From positions 23,180 to 87,179 of the forward strand of contig CAIOPG010000014.1 of NCBI GenBank assembly GCA_903860135.1: DNA of 64,000 nucleotides, in the 5' to 3' direction. The DNA is from Candidatus Omnitrophota bacterium. Lineage in GTDB: Bacteria > Omnitrophota > Gorgyraeia > Zapsychrales > Fredricksoniimonadaceae. The position numbers and the translations under genes are program-made. This document shows positions 9,986 through 18,850 of this stretch, in pieces; position 1 is the first letter of the stretch; the number at the start of each line of letters is the position of its first letter. Below the pieces are notes generated by a model that was not told where the DNA came from, ran no database searches, and saw only the letters and a program-made list of their open reading frames with translations.

Positions 9986-10275
9986 AACCCATCCGTTTTT
10001 TACTTGCCGCCGAACATGACTTGTCTGCTGCAGCAACATTCTATGAAGACAGGGCTCCAGGCCTCGGCAATAAATTCATTGCCTCCGTAGAACGGATCAC
10101 CCACAACATCCACTTCCAGCCTCATCAATATCCTTCATATCAGAACCATGTCCAGCGCGCTATTATCCACGGGTTTCCTTATTCCATCCTATTTATCCAT
10201 GCACCGAAAGAAATAGCCATCGTCGCCATCATGCACGACAAGCGTCGTCCGTTGTACTGGATCAATCGTCGTTAG
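9982..10275 (+). CDS. Type II toxin, ParE/RelE family
   Basis: 97 aa. The C-terminal ...EIAIVAIMHDKRRP is a hallmark of ParE/RelE toxins. It is translationally coupled to the upstream small gene. Confidence 0.7.
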   Translation: MKPIRFLLAAEHDLSAAATFYEDRAPGLGNKFIASVERITHNIHFQPHQYPSYQNHVQRAIIHGFPYSILFIHAPKEIAIVAIMHDKRRPLYWINRR

Positions 10276-10457
10276 TCTATCATCACAATTTCATCATGAA
10301 CTGACGCAGAATACCTATGGATTTAAGTTTTCGCTCCATATAGCGCTATAACTGCAACGACCCCCAATCCCAATATGCCCATCAACACCATAGATTCAAG
10401 AATTTTACGACAATCCTGGCTGCCACGATCAAACGAGAAGACACAGTAGAAACGAAT

Positions 10458-10742
10458 TTACACATTATCTACCATTAAATATTCATCACCTGCCGGGAAT
10501 TTACCCCATGCGTCAAAATCTTCACTTGAATAATTATAAACACGTTCCGGTGCCACATTACGAATATGCCATGCCGTATTTAAATGATGATAAAGATGTG
10601 TCATGTGAACCCCATACTCAGACGCGCAATATTCCTTATTCGATTCCAGCTCCTTAATAATTTTTTCCAATTCTTCTTTGGCTTCCCTCAAATGACACAG
10701 CATCAAACCCACATTCATCAAATCACCTAAATCTTCATCCAT
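10458..10742 (-). CDS. Hypothetical 94-aa protein (His-rich, no family recognised)
   Basis: ORF preceded by a GGGAGGG Shine-Dalgarno and by the same ~30 bp upstream element found in front of the RHH/RelE module. Confidence 0.45.
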   Translation of the reverse strand: MDEDLGDLMNVGLMLCHLREAKEELEKIIKELESNKEYCASEYGVHMTHLYHHLNTAWHIRNVAPERVYNYSSEDFDAWGKFPAGDEYLMVDNV

Positions 10743-10786
10743 ATCCGCCCTCCCTGAAATTTAACTGTAAGATAAGAATATTACAA

Positions 10787-10814
10787 CATCAAGACGCCAT
10801 AAGATTCACTCAAA
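10787..10814. repeat. Copy B of the same element (TCAAGACGCCATAAGATTCACTCAAA) upstream of the orphan 94-aa gene
   Basis: Same orientation and same distance (about 45 bp) from the downstream minus-strand start codon as copy A. Confidence 0.6.
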
Positions 10815-12050
10815 CACCTTCTTCCCCCTCAACTGACGGTGATACGCTACGGCGAAGCGGTGGGCTTCGTCGCGGGTGCGTTGGAGGAGTTTTAAGGCCA
10901 AGGAATCTTTGGCAAGGATGACGGGGTCGCGCTTGCCGGGGACAAAGACTTCTTCTTCCCGCTTGGCAAGTGAAATCAGCGGGATCTGGATATCGAGTTT
11001 CTTGAGCTCGTCGGATGCGGCGGAAAGCTGGCCCTTGCCGCCATCGATGATGATCAGGTCAGGATAGGCAACACCTTCCCGCTGGAGGCGGCCATAGCGC
11101 CGGCGCACGACTTCGGCGACCATCCTGAAATCATCCATGCCCGCCACCGCCTTGATGCGGAAACGGCGATAACGGGCTTTGTCGGGCTTGCCATTTAAGA
11201 AAGACACCAGCGACCCTACGGACAGTTCCCCCATAGTCGTCGATATATCAATGCACTCCAGGCGCTCGGGCCGGCGCGCGAGGTGGAACGCGCGTTCAAG
11301 CTGTTCAGCTTCCTTGAAATAATTCGCATCCGCATTCGAGGCATACAGCGCCCCAATGGCCCGCAAGCGGTCACGCATAGCCCCTGCTTGCTCAAAGAGG
11401 CGTCCGGCTGACAAACGCTCCATGTCCTCTTGCAGCGCCCGATAAAGGTCATCTCGGCGGCCCTCAAGGATCAGCGCAATGCTTTTGATATGACGGCGAT
11501 ATTCTTCTGACGATGTTTTGCCAATACACGGCGCATCGCACAGGCCAATATTGTGATACAGGCACACCTTCTTCGGCATCACGGCACACGTACGAAACGG
11601 GAACACCTTGCGGATAAGGACCAACGCCTCACGGATCAGCGCGGCATCCACATACGGGCCGAAATAATGCGCCTTTGGCTTTCTGTCGTTGACACCTGTC
11701 AGACGCACCACCGACACCAGCGGAAATTTATCGCCAGTGACCTCGATGTAAGGATACGACTTGCCATCCTTCAGTTCGATGTTGTAGCGGGGCATGTGCT
11801 CTTTGACAAGCGCGGCTTCGAGGATCAACGCCTCGGCCTCGCTATGGGTCAGACGCACCTCGATATCAGCGATATTGTCCACTAGCAATCCGGTCTTCAG
11901 GCTTCGTGAAGCCCCGCGAAAATACGACTGCACACGCCGCCGGAGATTCACGGCCTTGCCGACATAAATGACCTTGCCGGCGCTATTTTTCATGAGATAC
12001 ACACCACTGGTCAACGGAAGGACTGCTATTTTATCAGAAAGAAAGGACAT
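10806..12050 (-). CDS. uvrC: UvrC-like excinuclease (GIY-YIG, UVR and RNase-H-like endonuclease domains) lacking the C-terminal (HhH)2 domain
   Basis: Start taken at MSFLSDKIAVLP. GIY-YIG core GVYLMKNSAGKVIYVGKAVNLRRRV. A UVR-like helix and the endonuclease region follow (...DGGKGQL...HRFAV). The protein ends right after the endonuclease region. Confidence 0.8.
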   Translation of the reverse strand: MSFLSDKIAVLPLTSGVYLMKNSAGKVIYVGKAVNLRRRVQSYFRGASRSLKTGLLVDNIADIEVRLTHSEAEALILEAALVKEHMPRYNIELKDGKSYPYIEVTGDKFPLVSVVRLTGVNDRKPKAHYFGPYVDAALIREALVLIRKVFPFRTCAVMPKKVCLYHNIGLCDAPCIGKTSSEEYRRHIKSIALILEGRRDDLYRALQEDMERLSAGRLFEQAGAMRDRLRAIGALYASNADANYFKEAEQLERAFHLARRPERLECIDISTTMGELSVGSLVSFLNGKPDKARYRRFRIKAVAGMDDFRMVAEVVRRRYGRLQREGVAYPDLIIIDGGKGQLSAASDELKKLDIQIPLISLAKREEEVFVPGKRDPVILAKDSLALKLLQRTRDEAHRFAVAYHRQLRGKKVFE

Positions 12051-12069
12051 CTCCTGCTCCAGGAAGAAA

Positions 12070-13632
12070 TCAACGCTTGAATAATTTTCCTGCCTGCCTG
12101 GCCTGGGGAAGGCCAAGGGCATACGCAACGGCAAAATATACCGCGCCGCCCAATACAGCAGCCAGGAAAAGACGCACCGCTTCCGGCACACCGGCAAACC
12201 ATTGCCATACGCCCAGGATCACAAGTCCCATCACAACACCAGCAATGAAAAGTTTCACGAAAAACGCCTGGAACGCAAGCGTCAACCCGCCGATACGGCG
12301 CTCAAGGATCATGAACAGCGACCCCACATTCACCAGCGACGCCACCGCGCTCGCCAGCGCGATCCCGGCCAGCTTCATCGGAAACATCAGGATCACATTC
12401 AGCACGACATTAACGACCAAACAAAGCACCGCCGCCTTGACCGGCGTGCGTGTGTCCTGCATGGCGTGAAACGCGGACGCCAGGATCTTCACCCCGCCAT
12501 AACCCATCAACCCTAGGCTGAAATAAAACAATACCGATGCTGTTACTGCCGTTGAGCCGGCATCAAAAACGCCCCGCTGAAAGATCACACGGATCAAGGG
12601 TTCAGCCAAAAGGCAAAGGAAGATCGTCGTAGGCAGCATCACAAAGAAAATATTCTCGAGCGCGAACACAATGGTGCGCCGAAGCTCCGCCTTATTATCC
12701 GCCACCACATGACGGGCAAATGCCGGCAAGATTGCCGCTGCCAGCGCCACACCGAACACCCCCATGGGAAAAAGGACAATGCGATTGGCATAATATATGG
12801 CCGAAATCCCGCCAGCACCAACGATCGTCGACAGAGAAGCACAGATGGTATCTACGAACACATTCAACTGATACACGGCGGAGCCGACCAGCCGCGGCAA
12901 CAAAAGCCGCCCGATCTGGCGCGCCCCCGGATGACTCAATGAACCCGGCCACCGTAGCTGAACCCCGTGTTTAACGAGCGGCCGCCACTGAAAAACAAAC
13001 TGCATCACCCCACCCACCACCACGCCCAGCGCCAGCCCGTACACCGGCTCCTTCATCCAGAACACCGCCATCAGGGTCGAGGCAATGAGCGCCACATTGA
13101 GCAGGCATGGTCCAAACGCCGGCATCATGAACGCGCCATAGGTAAACTGAATCGACGAGAAAAGCGCGGTCATCCCGATCAGGACAAGGTAAGGGAACAT
13201 GATCCGCGTCAGGTCGACCGTCGTCTGCATCTTGGCCGCATCTTCGGTGAACCCCGGTGCCATTACCCGCACAATAGCCGGCGCAAAAAGAATGCACACC
13301 AGGGTGATCGCGCACAGGATAATGAACGCCCAGGCCGCGGCCGCATTGAGAAAACCCGCCAGTTCAGCCGGCTTTCTATCCTTATATTCAGTCATGACCG
13401 GAACGAACGAGGAATTCGCCGCACCTTCACCGATAATATCCCGGAAAAGATTGGGCAGACGAAAAGCCAGCACAAAAGCATCGGCCACAGCCGCTGTCCC
13501 AAAAAACCGCGCGAAGATAATATCGCGCACAAAACCCAGCACCCGGCTGGCCAATGTCCCCAAGGACATGATGGAGGTTGAACGCAGAATGGCCTTGAGC
13601 GAGTGAAGCGGTGCTATTTTATCGGTTGACAT
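12070..13632 (-). CDS. murJ: Lipid II flippase MurJ (MviN)
   Basis: 520-aa polytopic protein with the typical MurJ N-terminus (SLGTLASRVLGFVRDIIFARFFG...RLPNLFR). Confidence 0.9.
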   Translation of the reverse strand: MSTDKIAPLHSLKAILRSTSIMSLGTLASRVLGFVRDIIFARFFGTAAVADAFVLAFRLPNLFRDIIGEGAANSSFVPVMTEYKDRKPAELAGFLNAAAAWAFIILCAITLVCILFAPAIVRVMAPGFTEDAAKMQTTVDLTRIMFPYLVLIGMTALFSSIQFTYGAFMMPAFGPCLLNVALIASTLMAVFWMKEPVYGLALGVVVGGVMQFVFQWRPLVKHGVQLRWPGSLSHPGARQIGRLLLPRLVGSAVYQLNVFVDTICASLSTIVGAGGISAIYYANRIVLFPMGVFGVALAAAILPAFARHVVADNKAELRRTIVFALENIFFVMLPTTIFLCLLAEPLIRVIFQRGVFDAGSTAVTASVLFYFSLGLMGYGGVKILASAFHAMQDTRTPVKAAVLCLVVNVVLNVILMFPMKLAGIALASAVASLVNVGSLFMILERRIGGLTLAFQAFFVKLFIAGVVMGLVILGVWQWFAGVPEAVRLFLAAVLGGAVYFAVAYALGLPQARQAGKLFKR

Positions 13633-13687
13633 AAAAAATTCCGTTTGTTATACTTCAAATTCAACTTTATAAACAAGGAGTTTCAAC

Positions 13688-13960
13688 GTGCCTCAACGCA
13701 AGACAGCTGTAAAAGACCTCAAGAAAAACCGTGCGCGCCAGATGCATAACCTTGACATTAAATCCGCCCTGCGGAAAACCGTCAAGGAATTCGTCGCAAC
13801 CACCGCATCTGACGAAAAGAAAGCCAAAGAATTGTTGCCGCTTGTCTACAAGAAGTTTGACAAAGCCGCCAAAGGCAACATCATGCACAAAAAGACCGCC
13901 GCGCGCCGCAAATCGCGTTACGCTAAACTTTTGAACGCCGCGCAAGCTCCGAAAGCTTGA
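13688..13960 (+). CDS. rpsT: 30S ribosomal protein S20
   Basis: GTG start with an AAGGAG Shine-Dalgarno. Sequence MPQRKTAVKDLKKNRARQMHNLDIKSALRKTVK... is the classic S20. Confidence 0.95.
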   Translation: MPQRKTAVKDLKKNRARQMHNLDIKSALRKTVKEFVATTASDEKKAKELLPLVYKKFDKAAKGNIMHKKTAARRKSRYAKLLNAAQAPKA

Positions 13961-14579
13961 TTGACGCGACTTCAATGATCTGTTCACGCGTGAGCAACTT
14001 TGATAATTTTATTCTCTCATCGGCCTCCTGGATCACCAGGAGGCCTTTTTTGTAATTATCCGCCGGGATTGTACCCTTAACCTTCACACACCACCACCAG
14101 CGCAACGCCCCCAGTACATTTTCAGCCACATCATCAGCCAAAAACGTTTGAAGCTCCAGAAGAAACCCGGCACGGTCAGACAAAACCGCATTGAATAAAT
14201 CAAAAATTATTTTCTTGTCACCATCGCCGGACACCTTAAGTTTGCCAGCAATGCGCTTGCGCAACGCATGACGGCGATCCCAGGCCGGAGCCTCGAGGAT
14301 GATCACACAGCCATCGGTCTTTTGATCCAAAACATGTTCAATGAGCTCGAGATTCCGGTCATCCAGTTTATCGGCACCGCTGATCAAAACGACACGCCGC
14401 CACGCCACAATCGGCACCGTTAGAAGCGCTGTTTTCAGGTCATTGAAATCAAGCTCTTTGGCATCCAGACGGGAAAAATCGAGCTTGACGATATCAGAAG
14501 TCTTGAAGAAACGGGATTGGATCTCGTGCAGGATCTTGTCGCGCAGGGTGGTATCGGTCCCGAGGATCAACTGGTGCAT
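13923..14579 (-). CDS. holA: DNA polymerase III delta subunit (HolA)-like, short form
   Basis: N-terminal HolA-like pattern (LILGTD..L....I......DI..LD, VVLISGADKLDD). It conserves the lptE-holA synteny. Only 218 aa. Confidence 0.55.
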   Translation of the reverse strand: MHQLILGTDTTLRDKILHEIQSRFFKTSDIVKLDFSRLDAKELDFNDLKTALLTVPIVAWRRVVLISGADKLDDRNLELIEHVLDQKTDGCVIILEAPAWDRRHALRKRIAGKLKVSGDGDKKIIFDLFNAVLSDRAGFLLELQTFLADDVAENVLGALRWWWCVKVKGTIPADNYKKGLLVIQEADERIKLSKLLTREQIIEVASIKLSELARRSKV

Positions 14580-14610
14580 CGCGCGTTAACCCCCGTCAGT
14601 CTTAAAGCCG

Positions 14611-15117
14611 TTACCAGGCCTCGACCGTGCGTGCCACCACGCGCAACGCGAGGTCTTTGAGCGCGGCATCCATAGCCGCAGATTCAGGCGTGGATGTATA
14701 ATAAGTAGCCTCTCCCACAAAAGAAGGCTCTTCCCAGACAACCTTGTTGGTAACCGGATCCCAAAGCGTCAGGGCCACCGTCACACGGATACGGTATTCC
14801 TTAACAGTAGCATTCTGGTCAAGGCGCAGCTCCTCGCGTTCAAATCCCAACAACTGCCCCTTGAGCACAAGGTCAGCGGTATCCTCGGCCGCAAGGCGCA
14901 GATTGCCATCAAACAAATAACGATCCACAATAACTTCGCGCGCCTTCCCCTCAAGTCCCGGCACATAAACACGGCGAGTGTCCTGGGCCATATAATTGAT
15001 CTTGTTTTCAAACGGCGCCACAAATATCGTACGGTATTGATCAGAAACAAGCGAACGTGTGGAATAACCACAGCCGGCCACCACCACCGCCATCAGCAGA
15101 AGGAACATTTTTTTCAT
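14611..15117 (-). CDS. lptE: LPS-assembly lipoprotein LptE-like
   Basis: Lipoprotein signal with lipobox VVAGC at the start MKKMFLL... Position between the leuS side and holA matches the leuS-lptE-holA arrangement known from other diderms. Confidence 0.6.
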   Translation of the reverse strand: MKKMFLLLMAVVVAGCGYSTRSLVSDQYRTIFVAPFENKINYMAQDTRRVYVPGLEGKAREVIVDRYLFDGNLRLAAEDTADLVLKGQLLGFEREELRLDQNATVKEYRIRVTVALTLWDPVTNKVVWEEPSFVGEATYYTSTPESAAMDAALKDLALRVVARTVEAW

Positions 15118-16076
15118 GGCGCATCCCCCGGGAGGCTCTTCAGTTTTTCCGTTGCCCGGGCAGCCCACGCGGTTGCGGCATATTTGTCGACAACCACCTG
15201 CCAGTACAACCGGGCAGACTTGTATCGCTTGTGCTTGGCGTAAAACTCACCGATAACAAAGTTATTCTCCGCTTCTTTCGCCGTCAACTTCTGAACCTCG
15301 GCCTTGGCCGCAGGTGAAAGTTCGGAATCAGGATTCATCTTCACATAATCCTCAAAGCCGCTCACCGCGATCGACGTGGTCTTCTGGTCATACTGCGCCC
15401 CGACAGAACGCTTGGCATCGGCCACCGCGATCTGATAACGCGCCGAATCCGCCCATTTGGAATCAGGATAATCACTGATCGTCTTTTCAAACGCATCGCG
15501 TGCCTGCTGGTAATCTGCTTTCTCAAGATAAAAAAGCCCGATCTTATATTGGGACGCCGGCGCATTGGGGCCGTAAGGGTCATTCTTGATGATCTTCAGA
15601 AAAACTTCCGGGATCTGATAATCCGTACCAAAGAGCGACCGGGCAAATTCCTTGTCACTGGCCTTGCCTTCAAGGAAAAGATTCACAATAAAATATTGGT
15701 GCTCAACAACTTTCGGCCCTAGATCGCTAAAGGGATAGCGATCAACAACCTTCTGGTATTCCCCCACCGCGCGCCAATACTTCTTCAATGCTTCCCAGGC
15801 ACGGCCAATGCCAAACTGCGCCAGTGCCGCTTCCCGCGCCTTGGGGTAATGCGTGAGCAACTTCTTATACTCCCGCATCGCATCCTGGTACTTCTTGATT
15901 TTGAAGAATTCATCGGCATACACCAGCTGTTCGGCCGGAGATGGTTTGACGCTGTATTTAGGATTGACCCATTTGCCTGACTCCGGCGTCCATATCCAGA
16001 ACGCAGAAGCCGGCACAGGCACAGAAACAAGCGCTGCGGCAACAAGGAGATATATAAAGAAAGGTTTGATTTGCAT
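15114..16076 (-). CDS. Secreted TPR-repeat protein (BamD/YfiO- or CpoB/YbgF-like)
   Basis: Signal peptide (cleavage ...PASA-FW). Repeated TPR-like helices follow (YQDAMREYKKLLTHYP, YQQARDAFEKTISDYP, YKSARLYWQVVVDKYA). Confidence 0.65.
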   Translation of the reverse strand: MQIKPFFIYLLVAAALVSVPVPASAFWIWTPESGKWVNPKYSVKPSPAEQLVYADEFFKIKKYQDAMREYKKLLTHYPKAREAALAQFGIGRAWEALKKYWRAVGEYQKVVDRYPFSDLGPKVVEHQYFIVNLFLEGKASDKEFARSLFGTDYQIPEVFLKIIKNDPYGPNAPASQYKIGLFYLEKADYQQARDAFEKTISDYPDSKWADSARYQIAVADAKRSVGAQYDQKTTSIAVSGFEDYVKMNPDSELSPAAKAEVQKLTAKEAENNFVIGEFYAKHKRYKSARLYWQVVVDKYAATAWAARATEKLKSLPGDAP

Positions 16077-16154
16077 AGGCTATTAATTAGTTCGGACACT
16101 TTATCATAGGGGGGGGGCTTTGTCAATCAGGGGGCAAGCAAGATCGAAAAGCAC

Positions 16155-16559
16155 TCACAAGAAAACAGCCGGACTGACATTGAAGCGTTCGCTTAATCGT
16201 TGTATCTGCCCGACATTCAACTGACGCTTGCCATGCAAGACCTCAGAAACTACGCCCTGGGAACCTATTTCCGGCAAGTCATTCTGATGAAGGCCGTGTT
16301 CATTCATGAGATATTTAAGCGCCTCTACGCCAGAAACATCCTTCAAGGCATGATGTTCGGCTTCATAATTTTCGATCACGATCCCGAATACTTTCAGAAA
16401 ATTATATAAAGGATGCTTTTCATTATCGCCCACCTCATCGAGCAATGGATGCAGGATATTAATAGCCGCGCTGTAATCACGCGGCGTGCGGATAGAAAAA
16501 TAATCCGCCACCGCAGGCCAGGATCTTTCAAGGATCGGAGCATCCATTGTCTTAAGCAT
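16155..16559 (-). CDS. higA: HigA-family antitoxin (XRE-type HTH)
   Basis: C-terminal HTH ...VSEVLHGKRQLNVGQIQRLSERFNVSPAVFL. It lies downstream of, and overlaps, the HigB-like gene (toxin first, antitoxin second). Confidence 0.7.
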   Translation of the reverse strand: MLKTMDAPILERSWPAVADYFSIRTPRDYSAAINILHPLLDEVGDNEKHPLYNFLKVFGIVIENYEAEHHALKDVSGVEALKYLMNEHGLHQNDLPEIGSQGVVSEVLHGKRQLNVGQIQRLSERFNVSPAVFL

Positions 16560-16857
16560 TTTTCCACCTCTGCTGGTCATATTCCTGATGCGTCATAATA
16601 TGACGCACGTAAATAGTCCCGTAATTGAAATGAATCACAGCCACTAACCGATATTTGTTACCGCCAATATTAAATACAACCTTATCCTTTACCTTGTCGG
16701 CTGTCCTGAATGTCCGGCGCAGATCATTGAATGAAGCATACGTCGACACTTTAAGGATCTTAAACCAAACCCTCAACGGCATTTCGCTGTCCGGATGCTT
16801 TTCCCAAAAATCTGTTAAGGCCTTCCTTGAAATGATCCGCATAGGAACTTTCTCCAT
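16552..16857 (-). CDS. higB: HigB-family toxin (RelE/ParE-fold mRNA interferase)
   Basis: 101 aa. Resembles HigB (...NIGGNKYRLVAVIHFNYGTIYVRHIMTHQEYD). Confidence 0.7.
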   Translation of the reverse strand: MEKVPMRIISRKALTDFWEKHPDSEMPLRVWFKILKVSTYASFNDLRRTFRTADKVKDKVVFNIGGNKYRLVAVIHFNYGTIYVRHIMTHQEYDQQRWKNA

Positions 16858-16886
16858 TTAAAGAATATCTCATATTGAGATTATTG

Positions 16887-18398
16887 TCAAGGCCGATAAC
16901 CTTGCCGGTCAGATGAATAAGACCACCCCAATAGACATCCCAGCACCCCGTAATAAGCGGCGAGGATCCAGATGGACATGGCGGGGCAGGGGATCACAGG
17001 CACCTGGCTGGCGGCGACAAGGATGGCGACAGATATATTCAACACAACTTTCAACGCTAAGGCAAATGGCGGGGCCAGCACAGGGCACATAAAACCTGCG
17101 GCCAATAGCACAGCCCCAAGGCCGGTGACAAGCGCCATCAACGGGATCACAGGCAGATTGACCAGAAGGCCGACGGGCGGCAGATAACCAAAGTCATACG
17201 CCAGGATACCGGCCGAACCAATGAAGGCCGCGAGGGTAACCGCCGCGCTTTCGACCAAAAACCACAGCACCGGACGCTCCTTCCATCCCCGCGCTTCAAA
17301 CGGGGCAAGGAACAAAGGCGCCATGCTGATCAATGAGGCCACACACACGAAGGAAAGCTGAAAACCGATATCATGCAGTTGTCCGGGATCAGCCGCCAGA
17401 ATAACAAGGGCCGCCAATGCCAGGCTGTTGACCATGTCGGACTCGCGTTCGACAACAAAACTCACAATGACCGCACCGGCCATCAACGCCGCCCGCAGGA
17501 CAGGCGCACTATTGCCCGCCATCAAAGAATACGCACCAAGGATCACCGCCGCCAGGATGGCACGCGGCGCGCGCGGGATACGCATCACCCCTAGAATTAA
17601 CACAACCCCGGCGGCTGTGAGCGTCATGTTCATCCCACTGATGGCAATGATGTGCGCGGTACCGGTCTTGCGGAATACATCATACACATACCCCGGGATC
17701 CCGCCGCGCGGCCCCAAGAGCATCGCATTCATGAGGCCTGCCTCGCCTGGCGACAAATAACGCCGAAACACATCTTCCAGGGAATGCCGCACCATCATTA
17801 ACGCAGCATCCAACGACCATGCCGGATGCAAACTTGATAATTCCCTGCGTGATGCCTTGGAAACATGCAAGACAACCCGGGTGTCCGCAATCTCTTGAGA
17901 CGCCGATAGAAGTTTCTTGATACCTAACGTCCCCTGAAAAGGGCGTGACAATTTACCCGTCAATCTGACACGATCCCCCTGAACAAAGCCTGCACCTCCG
18001 TAAAGATGCACCACGATCGTGCCAGAACGACAGATCCCTTTGTGCGGATCAAGAGCACAGGCAAAGATCGTCCTCGGGATAAAGCCCTTGCCTTTTATTT
18101 CAGGAATCGACGCAATCTGGCACACCACCTCAACCTTACGCCCCCGCGCTTCTTCGAGCACCCGGCTCACATGATCAAGCGGCACAAGCCCCTTGGACCA
18201 CGCGGCAAACATCCCGCATAAGACCAGGAAAAGAAACACCGCCGGTTTAAAGAACACCCGGCGGATCCTGCCCATAACAAGCAAAACCACCATGCCTGCC
18301 AATAAAAACCAAACAAGCGGTAATACCCCACAAACATTCTCGAGCACAATGCCCATCGTGAATGCCACAGCCAATAAAACGCCAGGCCGATGCCTCAC
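16887..18398 (-). CDS. comEC: ComEC/Rec2-family DNA-internalization channel protein (no metallo-beta-lactamase domain)
   Basis: 503-aa polytopic protein with the competence-domain core (...AHIIAISGMNMTL...). Confidence 0.8.
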   Translation of the reverse strand: MRHRPGVLLAVAFTMGIVLENVCGVLPLVWFLLAGMVVLLVMGRIRRVFFKPAVFLFLVLCGMFAAWSKGLVPLDHVSRVLEEARGRKVEVVCQIASIPEIKGKGFIPRTIFACALDPHKGICRSGTIVVHLYGGAGFVQGDRVRLTGKLSRPFQGTLGIKKLLSASQEIADTRVVLHVSKASRRELSSLHPAWSLDAALMMVRHSLEDVFRRYLSPGEAGLMNAMLLGPRGGIPGYVYDVFRKTGTAHIIAISGMNMTLTAAGVVLILGVMRIPRAPRAILAAVILGAYSLMAGNSAPVLRAALMAGAVIVSFVVERESDMVNSLALAALVILAADPGQLHDIGFQLSFVCVASLISMAPLFLAPFEARGWKERPVLWFLVESAAVTLAAFIGSAGILAYDFGYLPPVGLLVNLPVIPLMALVTGLGAVLLAAGFMCPVLAPPFALALKVVLNISVAILVAASQVPVIPCPAMSIWILAAYYGVLGCLLGWSYSSDRQGYRP

Positions 18399-18748
18399 GG
18401 CGCCCCCAGCATCAGTCCTGACAATGCCCGATCAAAACTCTTGCGCGAAAACCCCTTAATCTTGCGCAGTTCCTCCAAAGACGTAAAACGCCCCTTGGCC
18501 TCACGCGCATAAATGATCCGTGCCGCCGTCGACGAACCAATGCCGGGAACAGATACAAGCTGCTCATATGACGCTTTATTAATATCAACTTTAATGCGGG
18601 GCGCTGGCGTATCGAGCACTTTTAACGTCGCATACACCGGGGGGTGCAGTTTCCCGATAATATCCAGGCAGATTCCGCAGAAGAACGCCGCGCCAACAAA
18701 GATAATGGCCCGGCGTTCATGAGGTGTCAACAACAACATCGCACGCAT
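18395..18748 (-). CDS. comEA: ComEA-family helix-hairpin-helix DNA-binding protein
   Basis: N-terminal TM anchor followed by tandem HhH (VDINKASYEQLVSVPGIGSSTAARII). Confidence 0.8.
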   Translation of the reverse strand: MRAMLLLTPHERRAIIFVGAAFFCGICLDIIGKLHPPVYATLKVLDTPAPRIKVDINKASYEQLVSVPGIGSSTAARIIYAREAKGRFTSLEELRKIKGFSRKSFDRALSGLMLGAP

Positions 18749-18850
18749 CCTGTATTAAGGATCGCGCTTTTAAAGACGGGGGCGGGAAAACTTCAAGGGT
18801 GAATCGATAATAACAATGAAAACGCAATTTGTCAAAAAATCAAATTCTCT

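Noticed and set aside
16101-16127. Calling TTGACA-N12-TATGAT a functional sigma70 promoter as it stands
   Set aside because: A 12-nt spacer is incompatible with sigma70 geometry. It is kept only as a phase-variation or sequencing-collapse hypothesis.
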